A stretch of 64,000 nucleotides of DNA from Pseudomonadota bacterium (GCA_036337155.1 JAYZET010000027.1:8009-72008), one strand, 5' to 3'. Positions 43,681 through 55,014 are shown, numbered from the stretch's first letter. Numbers and translations: made by a program. Notes: generated from the letters alone by a model not told the origin.

Positions 43681-45541
43681 GCGCCACCTTCTTCAAATTC
43701 TTATCAAGGGCCTTATAATGCGGCCAATTCCCAGCTGCAACCGCATCAAGTGACGGGGTGGGCTGACCCAACCGGAACCGATAAATCCAGAGGTTGGTCA
43801 GCACGCGTTCAACAAATGCACGGGTCTCGCGAGACGGAATGCTTTCAATAAACAAGAGCGGATCGTCCCGATACTCGGATTTTCTACGCCACTTTTTGAG
43901 ATTTCCGGGCCCCCCGTTGTAAGCTGCCATCGCGTAAAATAGATTTTTGCCAATGCTTGGATTTTCGAAGAGATGATCAATATATCGTTGGCCTAGCGCG
44001 ATGTTGTATTCTGGATTAAACAGCGCGTAACGCCCACGACTTCGCAAACGCTTGCCAATTACGAACCCGGCTGTTCCCGGCATCAGCTGCATCAATCCTC
44101 GTGCGCCGGCCTTGCTCTTTGCTTTTGGTTTGAAGCCAGATTCCTGACGAATCAGTGCGTAGATCATTGCACGATCAACATGAAAGCCACTTTTGGGCTG
44201 CCAATTAGGCAAAGGAAAGAGTGCGGCATCGTATCTGTAGCCTCTATGCGTTTCCAGCAATCGCCCCAGCCTATAGGCAAGAGCTGGCAAATTGGCCTTC
44301 GCGGTGAGGCCTAACAAAATTCGGCCCAACTCCGGAGAAAGGTTGCCCGTGAAACGCTTCAATTCCCATTCGGCGCGAACCGTTTCGCCCACTTGAATCA
44401 AGGCGAGAGCACGTTTCGCCGCCGGCGCATGTGAAAGTAGGTTCATCTCTTTCGTCCCGAGTCGCGGCAGCTTCCACTCAAATTTCGGCAGTTCACCAAG
44501 AGAGCGCGACGCTACGAGACCATAAAAGGTGCGCGAATGACGCGCTGCAAACGTAAGTAGAGGGCTCACCTTAGATGCGTTGCGTGCCGCAAGATTTGCC
44601 CGCGCCGCCCAATAAGCCGCACCTGACGCGATCCAGTCGTCGTCGAGCTCGGTTTTGGCCAAATGCTCGAAATTCATCGCGGCCAGCGCAAACTTTCCAG
44701 AACGGAAAGCAGCGAGGCCTGACCACCAGAGGGCCATCGGCACTCTTGTACCAGACCTTTCTATCGCCGTCGCAGCCGTTTGCAGTGCCTTTTCGTCTTT
44801 ATTAGCGTGATAATAGCCACGCGCCACAATGGCGAGCGCTTTATCATAATGAACAGCGTGGAACCTGCGGCGGATATCCTTGCGCTGAAGGCGTTTGAGC
44901 GCCTGAGTTGGGCGTCCACGTCGCACTAGAGACTTAATTTGCCGGGTCACATAGCGTGCGTACCGTTGTTGCTTGCGCGTGCCGAAGCGCTTTTTGGAAG
45001 TTTGTTTAGCGCTGGAGTTGCCTTCCATCTCTGGTAAAAACAAGCCGAAGGAAACACCAATTGGCCGTTGTGGCGCCCGCGAATTACTAGGCTTCCTGCG
45101 CATGGCCAACCGATATACGCGACGGGCCCCAGGATGGTCGGCATATGCACCCATCCATTTTTTAAGTTCGACGTAACGAGAACGGTACTTCGTTGGATGC
45201 ATGTAACGTTGATAAAGGATGTGCCCAATCAATAGGCTATCCGTCAGTGTTTCAATAATCTCATCAGCGGCACGCCAATTACCGTCCTGTTGCAATTTGA
45301 AGATTCGCCGGTATCGCACTGCATCGGCAGCGGGTAAAATTTCGGGTAGCGTAAAACCAGCGTTGTCTACGTCGACTACGATTGGTAACGCTGCGGTATC
45401 TCGTGGAACGTCGGCGGCAACTGAAAAACCTACACATGCAACGCTAGCAGCGACAATCAAAATGCCGCGCTTACATTTTAGATCCCATAATTGAAAGATA
45501 ATTCGCCTCCGAAGTCTTAGTATCCGAGCCGAGCTCTTCAT
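43667..45541 (-). CDS. Soluble lytic murein transglycosylase (Slt-like)
   Basis: IRQESGF, GARGLMQLMPGTA, AAYNGGPG, FIESIPSRETR; true start probably downstream of 45541. Confidence 0.9.
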   Translation of the reverse strand: MKSSARILRLRRRIIFQLWDLKCKRGILIVAASVACVGFSVAADVPRDTAALPIVVDVDNAGFTLPEILPAADAVRYRRIFKLQQDGNWRAADEIIETLTDSLLIGHILYQRYMHPTKYRSRYVELKKWMGAYADHPGARRVYRLAMRRKPSNSRAPQRPIGVSFGLFLPEMEGNSSAKQTSKKRFGTRKQQRYARYVTRQIKSLVRRGRPTQALKRLQRKDIRRRFHAVHYDKALAIVARGYYHANKDEKALQTAATAIERSGTRVPMALWWSGLAAFRSGKFALAAMNFEHLAKTELDDDWIASGAAYWAARANLAARNASKVSPLLTFAARHSRTFYGLVASRSLGELPKFEWKLPRLGTKEMNLLSHAPAAKRALALIQVGETVRAEWELKRFTGNLSPELGRILLGLTAKANLPALAYRLGRLLETHRGYRYDAALFPLPNWQPKSGFHVDRAMIYALIRQESGFKPKAKSKAGARGLMQLMPGTAGFVIGKRLRSRGRYALFNPEYNIALGQRYIDHLFENPSIGKNLFYAMAAYNGGPGNLKKWRRKSEYRDDPLLFIESIPSRETRAFVERVLTNLWIYRFRLGQPTPSLDAVAAGNWPHYKALDKNLKKVARDAG

Positions 45542-45611
45542 ATGACAGTCCTACTTGAGAACGGGATTCTGTGCAAGTTGCCCCTGAAAATATGGCCCAG
45601 AGACCGGAATA

Positions 45612-46445
45612 CTATCCCAGTTCCCCAAGCTTTTCCTGGATTGCTAGAAAATCGTGCCATGCTTCCCGTTTTTGCGCCGGTTGTCGCAATAGAAAAGCCG
45701 GGTGAAAGGTCGGCATCGCCGGGATCGGTGAATTGAGGCCATCACTTATATAGTCAAACCATTTGCCGCGCAGACGCATGATGCCCTGACTACGATCGAG
45801 CATGGTTTTGGCAGCGCTCCCGCCAAGAAACACCAACACTTTCGGCCGAGCTAGTTCGACGTGGCGACGCACGAATGGCAAACAGGCGGCCGTCTCGGTC
45901 GCCGACGGGCTGCGATTGCCAGGTGGGCGCCAAAATAGAATATTAGTTATATAAACGGAGCTTCTATCGCGTCCGAGTGCCCTCAGCATTTGGTTTAACA
46001 ACTGTCCGCTGGCACCCACAAAGGGCAGGCCTTGTCGATCTTCATCAACTCCGGGCGCCTCCCCAATGAACATCAGGTCGGCACCGGGTTCCCCATCGGC
46101 AAATACTGTATTGGTCGCTGTGAATTTGAGGGCGCACCCGTCGAAAGCCTCGAGTCGCTTGCGCAACTCCTCTAATGTACCGGCACCCGCCGCGACTTCG
46201 ATCGCATCTCGGGCACCTTCAGCCGGTGCAAGCCCAGACCCACTCACCTGTCTTGTTGCCTCCGTATTTTCTATTAGAGGCGCCGGTGGGGCCTTGATCT
46301 CTGATGCCGCAACGGTTGTCTTCACCACGGCCGAGTATCGGTCGACTGAATTATCGTCAATCAACTCATCAACACCCATCTCGATATGCCACCTAAGCGC
46401 ATCAAGTGAATATAAAGATGATTTGCTTCCTCGTTTTACCATCAT
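45612..46445 (-). CDS. Uracil-DNA glycosylase family 4
   Basis: IGEAPG..ED.QG.PFVGASG.LL, WRPPGNR, PTFHPAFLLR. Confidence 0.92.
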   Translation of the reverse strand: MMVKRGSKSSLYSLDALRWHIEMGVDELIDDNSVDRYSAVVKTTVAASEIKAPPAPLIENTEATRQVSGSGLAPAEGARDAIEVAAGAGTLEELRKRLEAFDGCALKFTATNTVFADGEPGADLMFIGEAPGVDEDRQGLPFVGASGQLLNQMLRALGRDRSSVYITNILFWRPPGNRSPSATETAACLPFVRRHVELARPKVLVFLGGSAAKTMLDRSQGIMRLRGKWFDYISDGLNSPIPAMPTFHPAFLLRQPAQKREAWHDFLAIQEKLGELG

Positions 46446-46549
46446 AGCAGATCAACCCCTTCTTGCTAAAGTATCTACCAAATTTAGCCGCGTTAATATA
46501 GAGAACAGGAATGGTTTTGAGATGCATATCTGTGGAGTGAGGTGTTTCA

Positions 46550-48196
46550 GTGGAACGCGATTCGATAGAAGTGGATGTTGTGATTGTTGGCGCCGGCCCA
46601 TCCGGTTTGGCAGCTGCCATTCGCTTAAAGCAACTCGCGGCTAAAGCAGGCCGCGATATCGAAGTAACTGTTCTAGAAAAAGGCTCGGAGGTCGGCGCGC
46701 ATATTCTGTCAGGCGCAGTCCTAGAGCCACGCGCCTTAAACGAACTAATCCCAGATTGGAAAAAAAAGGAAGCACCGCTCAACACGCCCGTGACAGGTGA
46801 GAAATTCCTATTTCTGAGTGAGACTGGCGGCATTTCTTTTCCAACTTTCCTGTTGCCGCCGGCGATGAAGAACCATGGCAACTATATCATCAGCCTAGGC
46901 AACCTATGCCGATGGCTCGGCGAACAGGCAGAATCGCTAGGAGTAGAAATCTATCCCGGTTTTTCGGCATCCGAGATCCTCTACAACGAGGACGGTTCCG
47001 TCAGTGGCGTAATGACCGGCGACATGGGGATCACAAGTGAGGGTGAACAAGGCCCAAATTTCCAGCCGGGCATGGAACTCCATGCAAAATACACATTCTT
47101 CGCAGAGGGCTGTCGCGGCCATCTCGGGAAACAACTGATGGAAAAATTCAATCTGCGGCAGAACGTAGAACCGCAGACATACGGAATCGGTATCAAAGAG
47201 TTATGGGAGATTAAGCCGGAAAAACACAAGCAAGGGCTTGTGGTCCATAGTGCGGGCTGGCCGATGAAGTCCGATACATATGGAGGATCTTTTCTTTACC
47301 ATCTCGAAAACAATCAGGTTGCGGTTGGCTTTGTAATTGGCCTCGATTACAAGAATCCCTATTTAAGCCCATTTGAAGAATTCCAACGCCTCAAGATGCA
47401 TCCAAAATTCCGCCCAACCTTCGAAGGTGGTCGCCGGATTGCCTATGGTGCCCGGGCGCTGAACGAAGGTGGCCTGCAAAGCCTGCCGAAGCTAACCTTT
47501 CCAGGCGGCGTGCTGGTCGGTTGCGAGGCCGGCACACTCAACACACCAAAAATTAAGGGCAGCCATACGGCGATGAAGTCTGGCATGCTGGCCGCCGAGG
47601 CAGCTTTTGCAGCGATTTCAGATGCTCGCAGCTCGGACGAATTGGTCGATTATGCAGACGCGCTGCGAAATTCCTGGGTTTATCAGGAACTAAAAGATGC
47701 GCGAAACGTCCGGCCTGGTTTCAGATGGGGTTTGCTGGGCGGCACTCTCAACGCCGGGATCGATCAAGTTTTGCTGCGTGGCAAAGCACCATGGACATTA
47801 TCACATAGGCATTCAGACCACGAGACGACCGGCAAAGCTCAGGACTATCAGCAGATTGATTATCCAAAACCCGATGGCTTGATCTCCTTTGACCGGTTGA
47901 CCAGCGTCTCTTTTTCCGCAACAAACCACGAGGAAGATCAGCCAAATCATCTTAGGTTGAAAGACGAAAGTGTTCCGATTGACGTTAATCTTGCGGATTT
48001 TGCGGCACCAGAACAGCGTTACTGCCCAGCTGGTGTCTATGAAATACTTTATGAGGACGACGGTTCAAATCCTCGGCTCCAGATTAATTCCCAAAACTGC
48101 GTACACTGCAAGACTTGCGACATTAAGGATCCTACCCAAAACATCGTCTGGGTGGCACCGGAAGGTGGTGGCGGCCCGAACTACCCAAATATGTAG
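46550..48196 (+). CDS. Electron transfer flavoprotein-ubiquinone oxidoreductase
   Basis: [43 protein letters not shown]. Confidence 0.97.
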   Translation: MERDSIEVDVVIVGAGPSGLAAAIRLKQLAAKAGRDIEVTVLEKGSEVGAHILSGAVLEPRALNELIPDWKKKEAPLNTPVTGEKFLFLSETGGISFPTFLLPPAMKNHGNYIISLGNLCRWLGEQAESLGVEIYPGFSASEILYNEDGSVSGVMTGDMGITSEGEQGPNFQPGMELHAKYTFFAEGCRGHLGKQLMEKFNLRQNVEPQTYGIGIKELWEIKPEKHKQGLVVHSAGWPMKSDTYGGSFLYHLENNQVAVGFVIGLDYKNPYLSPFEEFQRLKMHPKFRPTFEGGRRIAYGARALNEGGLQSLPKLTFPGGVLVGCEAGTLNTPKIKGSHTAMKSGMLAAEAAFAAISDARSSDELVDYADALRNSWVYQELKDARNVRPGFRWGLLGGTLNAGIDQVLLRGKAPWTLSHRHSDHETTGKAQDYQQIDYPKPDGLISFDRLTSVSFSATNHEEDQPNHLRLKDESVPIDVNLADFAAPEQRYCPAGVYEILYEDDGSNPRLQINSQNCVHCKTCDIKDPTQNIVWVAPEGGGGPNYPNM

Positions 48197-48292
48197 ATTC
48201 GCCGAACACCGTCGACGGAATCGTCTGCTGGCTAGGGTCTACTATATAGAGTATCCTTAACAACCCGATCCGGGTCGGTTAGCTATTGGCTT

Positions 48293-50083
48293 ATGGCAGC
48301 AGAAATCCATAGTACTAGCGGTAAATGTTGGCTTAGCGCGCGCGTATTACATCTCATCGCGATCGGTGGCTTACTTATATCTTCTGCCTGTGTAGCAAGC
48401 GGAAATGATTCATCATCAAATTTACAATATACAAACCGCTTATCGACTTTAGTCAATGGAGAGCCTTTCGATAAGTCGACTTTTGGCAGCTACCTAGCTG
48501 GAAGGTTCGCGGAGAGACGGCAAGACCTGTCAGTAGCCGCAGACATGATGAACCGCGTTCTAAGAGATCATCCCGACAACGATCAACTACTTCGCCGCAC
48601 TTTCAATTTAACTCTCGGCGCGGGTCAAATCGACGAGGCGCTGCGGCTCGCCGAGAAACTCGCCGAGCAGAAGGCGGGAACAACAATATCACTGCTATTG
48701 CTCGCTGCGCGAGACGTCAAAGCTGATCAATACAGTTCCGCCAAGACTTGGCTGCAGGGTATTTCGAACCGCGGCTTAGCGAAATATAGCAGACCAATCG
48801 CGGCCGCCTGGATCGACGCCGGCCTTGGTAAGTTCGATGAAGCAGTGGCCAGTCTAAAGCCACTAGCGGCAGAAAGCGGTTTTGGGAAGCTGACCGATCT
48901 GCACACCGCGTTATTGCACGACATAGCTGGGCAATCAGACGACGCCCTTGCTATCTATAAAAAAGCGACAGAAAACATGAGCAAGGCGCCGTTACGAATG
49001 GTGCGAGCCATGGGCGCGTCCCTAGAAAATGCAAATAAGGTCGAGGAGGCTCGCCACCTTTACGAGAAATATCTTAAAAACCATCCAACCAGTTATCTAA
49101 TGGCGTCGGAAATGCAGCGGCTCAAGGCCGGTAAAGAACCAAAACCCATTGCAGCCAATGCCCCCGCCGGTTTTGCAGAGGGCATGTTCAACCTGGCTTC
49201 CGCGCTGCCATTAACACGAGGAGGAAACCATTTATTACTCTATGCGCAGCTGGCTATTTATTTAAAACCAAACTTTCCTGTCGCGCAATTGTTGATGGGC
49301 GATATCCTAGATCATCGCAAGCGGCACACAGATTCGATCGCAATTTATCAAAGGATAGAGCGGAATTCGCCCTATAGCTGGCTCGCCCGATTAAAAATAG
49401 CCGTCAATCTTGACCGCATCGATAGAATTGACGAGGCTAAAACCCTTCTTGAAGAGATGGCGAAGGAACGCCCGACTGAAATCGAGCCACTGGTTAGGCT
49501 CGGCAGCTTTTTGCGTGCCCGTAAGGATTTCACCGGGGCCGAGCACGCGTACAACCGGGCATTTCAACGCCTGGGACAATCGAAGCCGAAAAACTGGTCG
49601 CTTTACTATTATCGTGGCATTTCGCGTGAGCGGCTCAAGAAATGGGATCAAGCGGAAAAGGATTTTCTCAAAGCCCTTGATCTTAATCCCGATCAGCCAA
49701 ACGTCTTGAATTATCTCGGCTACTCCTGGGTGGATCAAGGCATCAATCTCGATCGAGCTCGGAAAATGATTGAGCGTGCTGTCGAACAGCGACAAGATGA
49801 CGGTTATATAATCGACAGTATGGGCTGGGTGCTCTACCGCCTCGGTGAATATGATGACGCGGTCCAACATCTCGAACGGGCTGTTGAATTACGCCCACTG
49901 GACCCCATCATCAGCGATCATCTCGGTGATGCCTATTGGCAGGTGGGTCGACGTCACGAGGCGCGATTTCAATGGCGTCGGGCGCTCAGCTTGGACCCTG
50001 AGCAAGACGCTATCTCCAAGATTAAGACCAAGCTCGAAAAGGGTTTGGCTACACCTGCGAGAAAACCGGGTTCCGGTGGATGA
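48293..50083 (+). CDS. TPR-repeat (lipo)protein
   Basis: GSYLAGRFA, LNYLGYSW, IIDSMGW, DHLGDAYW; usual position upstream of ispE. Confidence 0.9.
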   Translation: MAAEIHSTSGKCWLSARVLHLIAIGGLLISSACVASGNDSSSNLQYTNRLSTLVNGEPFDKSTFGSYLAGRFAERRQDLSVAADMMNRVLRDHPDNDQLLRRTFNLTLGAGQIDEALRLAEKLAEQKAGTTISLLLLAARDVKADQYSSAKTWLQGISNRGLAKYSRPIAAAWIDAGLGKFDEAVASLKPLAAESGFGKLTDLHTALLHDIAGQSDDALAIYKKATENMSKAPLRMVRAMGASLENANKVEEARHLYEKYLKNHPTSYLMASEMQRLKAGKEPKPIAANAPAGFAEGMFNLASALPLTRGGNHLLLYAQLAIYLKPNFPVAQLLMGDILDHRKRHTDSIAIYQRIERNSPYSWLARLKIAVNLDRIDRIDEAKTLLEEMAKERPTEIEPLVRLGSFLRARKDFTGAEHAYNRAFQRLGQSKPKNWSLYYYRGISRERLKKWDQAEKDFLKALDLNPDQPNVLNYLGYSWVDQGINLDRARKMIERAVEQRQDDGYIIDSMGWVLYRLGEYDDAVQHLERAVELRPLDPIISDHLGDAYWQVGRRHEARFQWRRALSLDPEQDAISKIKTKLEKGLATPARKPGSGG

Positions 50084-50961
50084 GCAAAAATATTGAGACC
50101 AATATTACCGTCGAGGCCGCGGCAAAAATCAATTTATATCTACATGTCCTCGGACGTCGCGCTAACGGATATCACGAACTCGATTCACTCATAGCTTTTA
50201 CTGACGTCTTCGACACACTAACGTTGGAACCGTCAGACGGACTTTCCCTTGATATCAAAGGAACTTTTGCGTCACTACTAACGAATTCGGAGGACAATTT
50301 AGTGCTGCGCGCGGCCCGAGCGCTCGGAGAGGCAGCGGGCGTGAACCCGCTTGCCCGGATCACTTTACAGAAGGAGTTACCGGTTGCAGCAGGCCTCGGT
50401 AGCGGTTCCGCCGATGCGGCTGCGACGCTGCGCGGTCTCGCGAAGCTTTGGAACATCGACGATATGGCTGTCAACCTCAGCAACGTTGGTTTCAGCCTAG
50501 GCGCCGATATTCCTGCTTGCCTTTGGAGCGATACAGTTCACGTAGGCGGCGTTGGCGAGCATCTGCGAGCTGGTCCTGAACTACCCGAGGCCGGATTATT
50601 GCTGGTCAACCCGGGAATAGTACTCGAGACACAATCAGTCTTTCTGGCTCGGCGGGGAGAATTTTCTCCCACGATACCGTTGATGAAATCGGCGCGGTCA
50701 TTCGACACCTTGGTACACGAACTTGAGACTCGCAGCAATGACCTGACAGAACCAGCGCTCCGCCTCGCGCCAGTCATCCAAGAAGTACTTACGGCACTGA
50801 AAGAAACGCCCGGATGCCGACTTGCACGTCTCTCCGGCAGTGGTGCCACCTGTTTCGGTTTATTCGACACGCTTGCAACGGCGGAAGACGCGGCGACCGA
50901 CTTCAACATAGAAGGTTGGTGGGTCCGCCCGACTCGCTTCCGAACCCGAAGCGATAAATGA
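50080..50961 (+). CDS. ispE: 4-diphosphocytidyl-2-C-methyl-D-erythritol kinase
   Basis: AKINLYLHV, LPVAAGLGSGSADAAA, LGADIP, RLSGSGATCFG. Confidence 0.95.
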   Translation: MSKNIETNITVEAAAKINLYLHVLGRRANGYHELDSLIAFTDVFDTLTLEPSDGLSLDIKGTFASLLTNSEDNLVLRAARALGEAAGVNPLARITLQKELPVAAGLGSGSADAAATLRGLAKLWNIDDMAVNLSNVGFSLGADIPACLWSDTVHVGGVGEHLRAGPELPEAGLLLVNPGIVLETQSVFLARRGEFSPTIPLMKSARSFDTLVHELETRSNDLTEPALRLAPVIQEVLTALKETPGCRLARLSGSGATCFGLFDTLATAEDAATDFNIEGWWVRPTRFRTRSDK

Positions 50962-51166
50962 TAGCTTCCAGTCTTCAACTACACTTCAATGTCTTTATTA
51001 CTCGGATGCGCAAGCAATTACCGCTAATGCCATATCTTCAGCGGCCCGACCGAATTTGAGGACTCTGGACCAGCGTATCACCCCTCTTCGACCAGTTAAC
51101 GCTCCGCGCGGACCTAAACAATAATAATACGACGTTTTATCCTGTAGCCCAAACACCACCCCTTAA

Positions 51167-52225
51167 TTAATCCATTAGGAAAACGCCCTTACCCGTAGTC
51201 TGGCTATCAAACAACTCATAGGCCTCGACCGCCTGATCTAGCGTGAATTCATGAGTGAAAAGCGCGTCCACGTCGATGCCCCGGTCCGCCACAAACTCGG
51301 CGCAATCTGCCTGACCATTCTTACTGAAAGTCCAAGAACCGACAACCGTAACCTGCCGGCGAAGCATGTCGTTTGAAACATCAATAGTAACGTCACCGCC
51401 CTCTCCGACGAAGCACGCGGTGCCCCAGGTTCGTACACATTGCACCGCGGCGCGCCGGGCTTCCGAACTAGAGCTACAATCGAGAGATTTTTGCGCACCC
51501 TCGCCGTGCGTAAGATCCCGGACCGCTCCCACGACGTCATTCTTTCCCGGATCGATAACTTCGTCAGCACCAAACTGTTTTGCGAGTTCGAGACGTTCAT
51601 CACCGATATCAAGTGCGATTACGCGGGCGCCCATGGCCTTCGCGAGTTGCGTCGCGCTGAGCCCCACCGGGCCCTGTCCAAAGATCACGATAGTCTCGTC
51701 TCCGGCTAGATCGAGCCTTTTTAAAGCGCCAAATGCCGTCCCGGTACCGCATGAGATAGCTGCGCCAGTTTTATAAGACAAAGTATCGGGTAACTTCACC
51801 AGTGTGTGCGCCGGCACCTTCATATACTTGGCATGCGCGCCATGACCCGTAGCACCGTAGACGGTCACCCCGTCGAGGCACAGCTGAGACCAGCCGTCTC
51901 GGCAATGCTTACACACACCACAGCCGCTGTAGTGATGGTCCATCACTCGATCGCCCACCTTCGCAAGCGCCTCCGGCACACCTTTGCCAACAGCGGAGAC
52001 CACGCCGCAAGGCTCATGCCCTGCGACCAACGGAGAACCGTCGCCGACAAGGCCCAATGCGGCGGCCCCCCCTTTTGCCCTATACATCTTCAGGTCACTG
52101 CCACACATGCCAGAGGCCTTGATCTCAATCACGGCCTCCCCCGGACCTGGCGTGGGATCGGGAAATTCCATAAATTCGATTTTGCGGTCGCCTAAAAACA
52201 CCACGGCCTTCATCGCCACCTCCAT
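51167..52225 (-). CDS. Zinc-dependent alcohol dehydrogenase (MDR family)
   Basis: CGSD, GHE, CGVCKHC...C structural Zn site, GQGPVG. Confidence 0.92.
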   Translation of the reverse strand: MEVAMKAVVFLGDRKIEFMEFPDPTPGPGEAVIEIKASGMCGSDLKMYRAKGGAAALGLVGDGSPLVAGHEPCGVVSAVGKGVPEALAKVGDRVMDHHYSGCGVCKHCRDGWSQLCLDGVTVYGATGHGAHAKYMKVPAHTLVKLPDTLSYKTGAAISCGTGTAFGALKRLDLAGDETIVIFGQGPVGLSATQLAKAMGARVIALDIGDERLELAKQFGADEVIDPGKNDVVGAVRDLTHGEGAQKSLDCSSSSEARRAAVQCVRTWGTACFVGEGGDVTIDVSNDMLRRQVTVVGSWTFSKNGQADCAEFVADRGIDVDALFTHEFTLDQAVEAYELFDSQTTGKGVFLMD

Positions 52226-52294
52226 CTGTCTATAGGTCTAGTGCTTATCAGAAACGGTAAGTTCCAGGTAGTAGCGGGCAAGCATCATCGCCCC

Positions 52295-52323
52295 TTGCGA
52301 GGCAGCTCGGACGGTCTTATGTT
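52295..52323 (+). promoter_or_regulatory. tRNA promoter
   Basis: TTGCGA-N17-TATGTT plus CCGCC discriminator, 11 nt before the tRNA. Confidence 0.6.
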
Positions 52324-52334
52324 CCGCCTCGGAT

Positions 52335-52409
52335 TGGGGCGTGGCCAAGTGGTAAGGCACCGGTTTTTGGTATCGGCATTCGCAGGTTCGAATCCTGCCG
52401 CCCCAGCCA
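52335..52409 (+). tRNA. tRNA-Gln (TTG)
   Basis: Acceptor stem TGGGGCG/CGCCCCA, D-arm GCCAAGTGGTAAGGC, anticodon arm CCGGT-TTTTGGT-ATCGG, T-loop GGTTCGAATCC, encoded CCA. Confidence 0.97.
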
Positions 52410-52439
52410 CCGATCAAACCCCAAAAACGCATACTCAAA

Positions 52440-53339
52440 TCACTTCTCCCGCAATCTTGGGTCGAGCAGGTCTCGTAACGCGTCGCCCCAGACAAAAAAT
52501 GCGAAGACAGCGAGGGTGATAGCCAAACCCGGGAAGACGGCCGTCCAATAAACGCCAGTCATCGATTCCTCTGTCGCCCCCTGTAGCATCAAGCCCCAGG
52601 CGGGCAGCGGTTCATTTACACCAAGGCCTAGGAAGGACAAAGCCGCTTCCGCCAGGATTGCACCACCAACTGCCGCCGTGAAAATAATAAGGTAGGACGC
52701 CATGACATTCGGCAGCATGTGCCGGAGAATAATCCGAGCGTGTCCAAAACCTAGCGAAACTGCAGCGTCGATATAGGGAAAACGGCGGACCTGTAAGGCG
52801 TTGGAGCGGATGATACGAGTGCTGTCAGGAATGATTGAGATAGAAATTGCAAATACAACAAAATGCAATTCGTTACCGAAGGTCGCTACGATCGCCATCA
52901 CCATTATAAGCGGTGGAAAGGCCATAAATAAATCAATAAACCGCATAAAGATAAGATCAAAAGCACCACCAAAATAGCCGCTCGCAAGGCCGAGGATGAG
53001 GCCGGTAGTCGCCCCAAGGAAGGCGCTAAGAATGCCGATGAACAACGCAGTCCGTGATCCGTGAATAATTCGGCTGAGTATATCCCGTCCAAAACGGTCG
53101 GTGCCAAGCCAATAATTTGAACTAGGCGCCTCAAGGATCCGCGTATAATTGTTCTCAAGCGGATCGTATGGAGAGACAGAGTTAGCAAACACCGCCATCA
53201 GAACCATCGCTATAATTATCACTGCTCCAAACGCACCAAGCTTCTTTTGCCTTGCCAAGCGAAAGCATTTTTGGCCGAACGACTCGGACACAAACATATC
53301 TTTGGGATTGACTTCTGTGACGCCACCTATTCGTGTCAC
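52440..53339 (-). CDS. Peptide/nickel ABC transporter permease (DppC/OppC-like)
   Basis: WLGTDRFGRDILSR, RHMLPN, AEAALSFLGLG, GDALRDLLDPR. Confidence 0.93.
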   Translation of the reverse strand: MTRIGGVTEVNPKDMFVSESFGQKCFRLARQKKLGAFGAVIIIAMVLMAVFANSVSPYDPLENNYTRILEAPSSNYWLGTDRFGRDILSRIIHGSRTALFIGILSAFLGATTGLILGLASGYFGGAFDLIFMRFIDLFMAFPPLIMVMAIVATFGNELHFVVFAISISIIPDSTRIIRSNALQVRRFPYIDAAVSLGFGHARIILRHMLPNVMASYLIIFTAAVGGAILAEAALSFLGLGVNEPLPAWGLMLQGATEESMTGVYWTAVFPGLAITLAVFAFFVWGDALRDLLDPRLREK

Positions 53340-53351
53340 GCACTGTGCCTC

Positions 53352-54326
53352 CTAAGTATACCGAATGCGCGGATCGAGCCACGCGTAGAAGATATCGACG
53401 ACAAAATTCGTCACTATGAAGATAAAAGCAAACAGTAAGACAAGCGTTTGGGTCGACGTAAAATCATGATTATCGATGGAGAGTACGAACCATTTACCAA
53501 TACCGTTCAAGTTGAAAACCTGCTCGATCACCACCAGACCGCTCATAAGTGCGGCAAATTCCATGCCGAGCACCGTAATTACAGGCAGCATGGCGTTCTT
53601 CAATGCGTGCCGCCGTGTTACGATTCTTTTAAGCAATCCCTTGCCACGCGCGGTGCGGATATAGTCCTCGTGCAGCACCTCGAGCATGGCCGACCGCGTC
53701 CATCGCATCACGGATGCGGAAAAACGATAGCCGACGGCGATCGCGGGCCAAATTAACTGCTCGAGATTACCAACCGGATCGTCAAAAAATGGGGTGTATT
53801 CAAGCGGCGGCATCCAAGGCTGGTCGAACAGTACATGCGTCGATAATAGCAGGCCAACGATGAGCATCATACCGAACCAGAAGGACGGCACAGCAATTCC
53901 GACAATACTAAAAGAACGGACAAGGTAGTCGGTCCAGGTATCCTGGCGCAATGCAGCTACAACGCCTAAGGGAATACCTAGAGCTATCGATACCGTCATC
54001 GCCATAACCGTCAGCTGGATAGAAAGGGGAAACCGCTGACCTAATTCGTCCAAGATGGGATAGTGCGACCACATTGAAATGCCAAAATCAAATGAGACAA
54101 CACCAGCGATAAATTGACCAAACTGGAGAGCGAGTGGTTTGTTCAAACCGTTCTGTTCTCGGCAAAGCTCAACTGCTGCCAAATTGTAGGTGCCGCCCTC
54201 GATGCCACCGAAACGGACTTCGCAGATGTCCCCAGGGATTACGCGCAGCAAAAAAAATGCCAGCATGGCCGCACCGAACAAAGTCGGAAACATCAATAGA
54301 ATGCGTTTGGCGGTGTGTCGAAGCAT
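53352..54326 (-). CDS. Peptide/nickel ABC transporter permease (DppB/OppB-like)
   Basis: PGD, TRSAMLEVLHEDYIRTARGKGL, HALKNA, VDIFYAWLDPRI. Confidence 0.93.
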   Translation of the reverse strand: MLRHTAKRILLMFPTLFGAAMLAFFLLRVIPGDICEVRFGGIEGGTYNLAAVELCREQNGLNKPLALQFGQFIAGVVSFDFGISMWSHYPILDELGQRFPLSIQLTVMAMTVSIALGIPLGVVAALRQDTWTDYLVRSFSIVGIAVPSFWFGMMLIVGLLLSTHVLFDQPWMPPLEYTPFFDDPVGNLEQLIWPAIAVGYRFSASVMRWTRSAMLEVLHEDYIRTARGKGLLKRIVTRRHALKNAMLPVITVLGMEFAALMSGLVVIEQVFNLNGIGKWFVLSIDNHDFTSTQTLVLLFAFIFIVTNFVVDIFYAWLDPRIRYT

Positions 54327-54369
54327 CCGTGTTTACGTCAATCCGCAACCGCACCGATGCAGTACATTT

Positions 54370-55014
54370 CTATTTCCACGGCGGTGCCGCGTTCCATCGG
54401 CCCCAATATGTAGTCTCACTGGTAGGTAATCGGCTAGTTGGCCCAAATTTTCCACGAGGATAGCCAAGCGGGATGCAACAATGAAATACCATGTCGTCCG
54501 GAACACCTAACATCTCATTGACCCGGTCCATTACCTCTGGATGGAGCGTCGTCAGCACGCTACCGATGCCGAGGGCACGGGCCGCCAGGAGCAGGTTTTG
54601 AACGCCAGGGAAAGTCGATGCGGCCGCCACGGCGGAAGCCATCGAATAAGCCAGGATCACCGCAGGTGCTTTGACCATCTCGTCCGCGAGCAGAGCGGCG
54701 AGCCGATATTGCGAACCTTCAGGGATATCGGCCTTACTCGTCCAGCCGTAGGCGTCACGCCGCTTTGCCCACCAAGCCTCATGATATAATTTACCGAATG
54801 CCTCAATATCGGTGCGGTCGCGGATCACCAGAAAACGTGCGGGCTGCGCGTTCCCTCCATTCGGCGCTTTGGAGGCCGCATCCAGTATAATTTTCAACTG
54901 TGAGTCACTTACAGGACGATCCGGATCGAGGCGACGCGTAGCGCGCTGGCTGAACATCGCTTCGCCAATCGGCATCATTAATTCCGCGGGCGCGTCGAGG
55001 CGGACCATATCCAT
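54370..55014 (-). CDS. Nitroreductase family protein
   Basis: SQRATRR, APNGGNAQP, QNLLLAARALGIGSVLT, IPLGYP. Confidence 0.9.
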   Translation of the reverse strand: MDMVRLDAPAELMMPIGEAMFSQRATRRLDPDRPVSDSQLKIILDAASKAPNGGNAQPARFLVIRDRTDIEAFGKLYHEAWWAKRRDAYGWTSKADIPEGSQYRLAALLADEMVKAPAVILAYSMASAVAAASTFPGVQNLLLAARALGIGSVLTTLHPEVMDRVNEMLGVPDDMVFHCCIPLGYPRGKFGPTSRLPTSETTYWGRWNAAPPWK

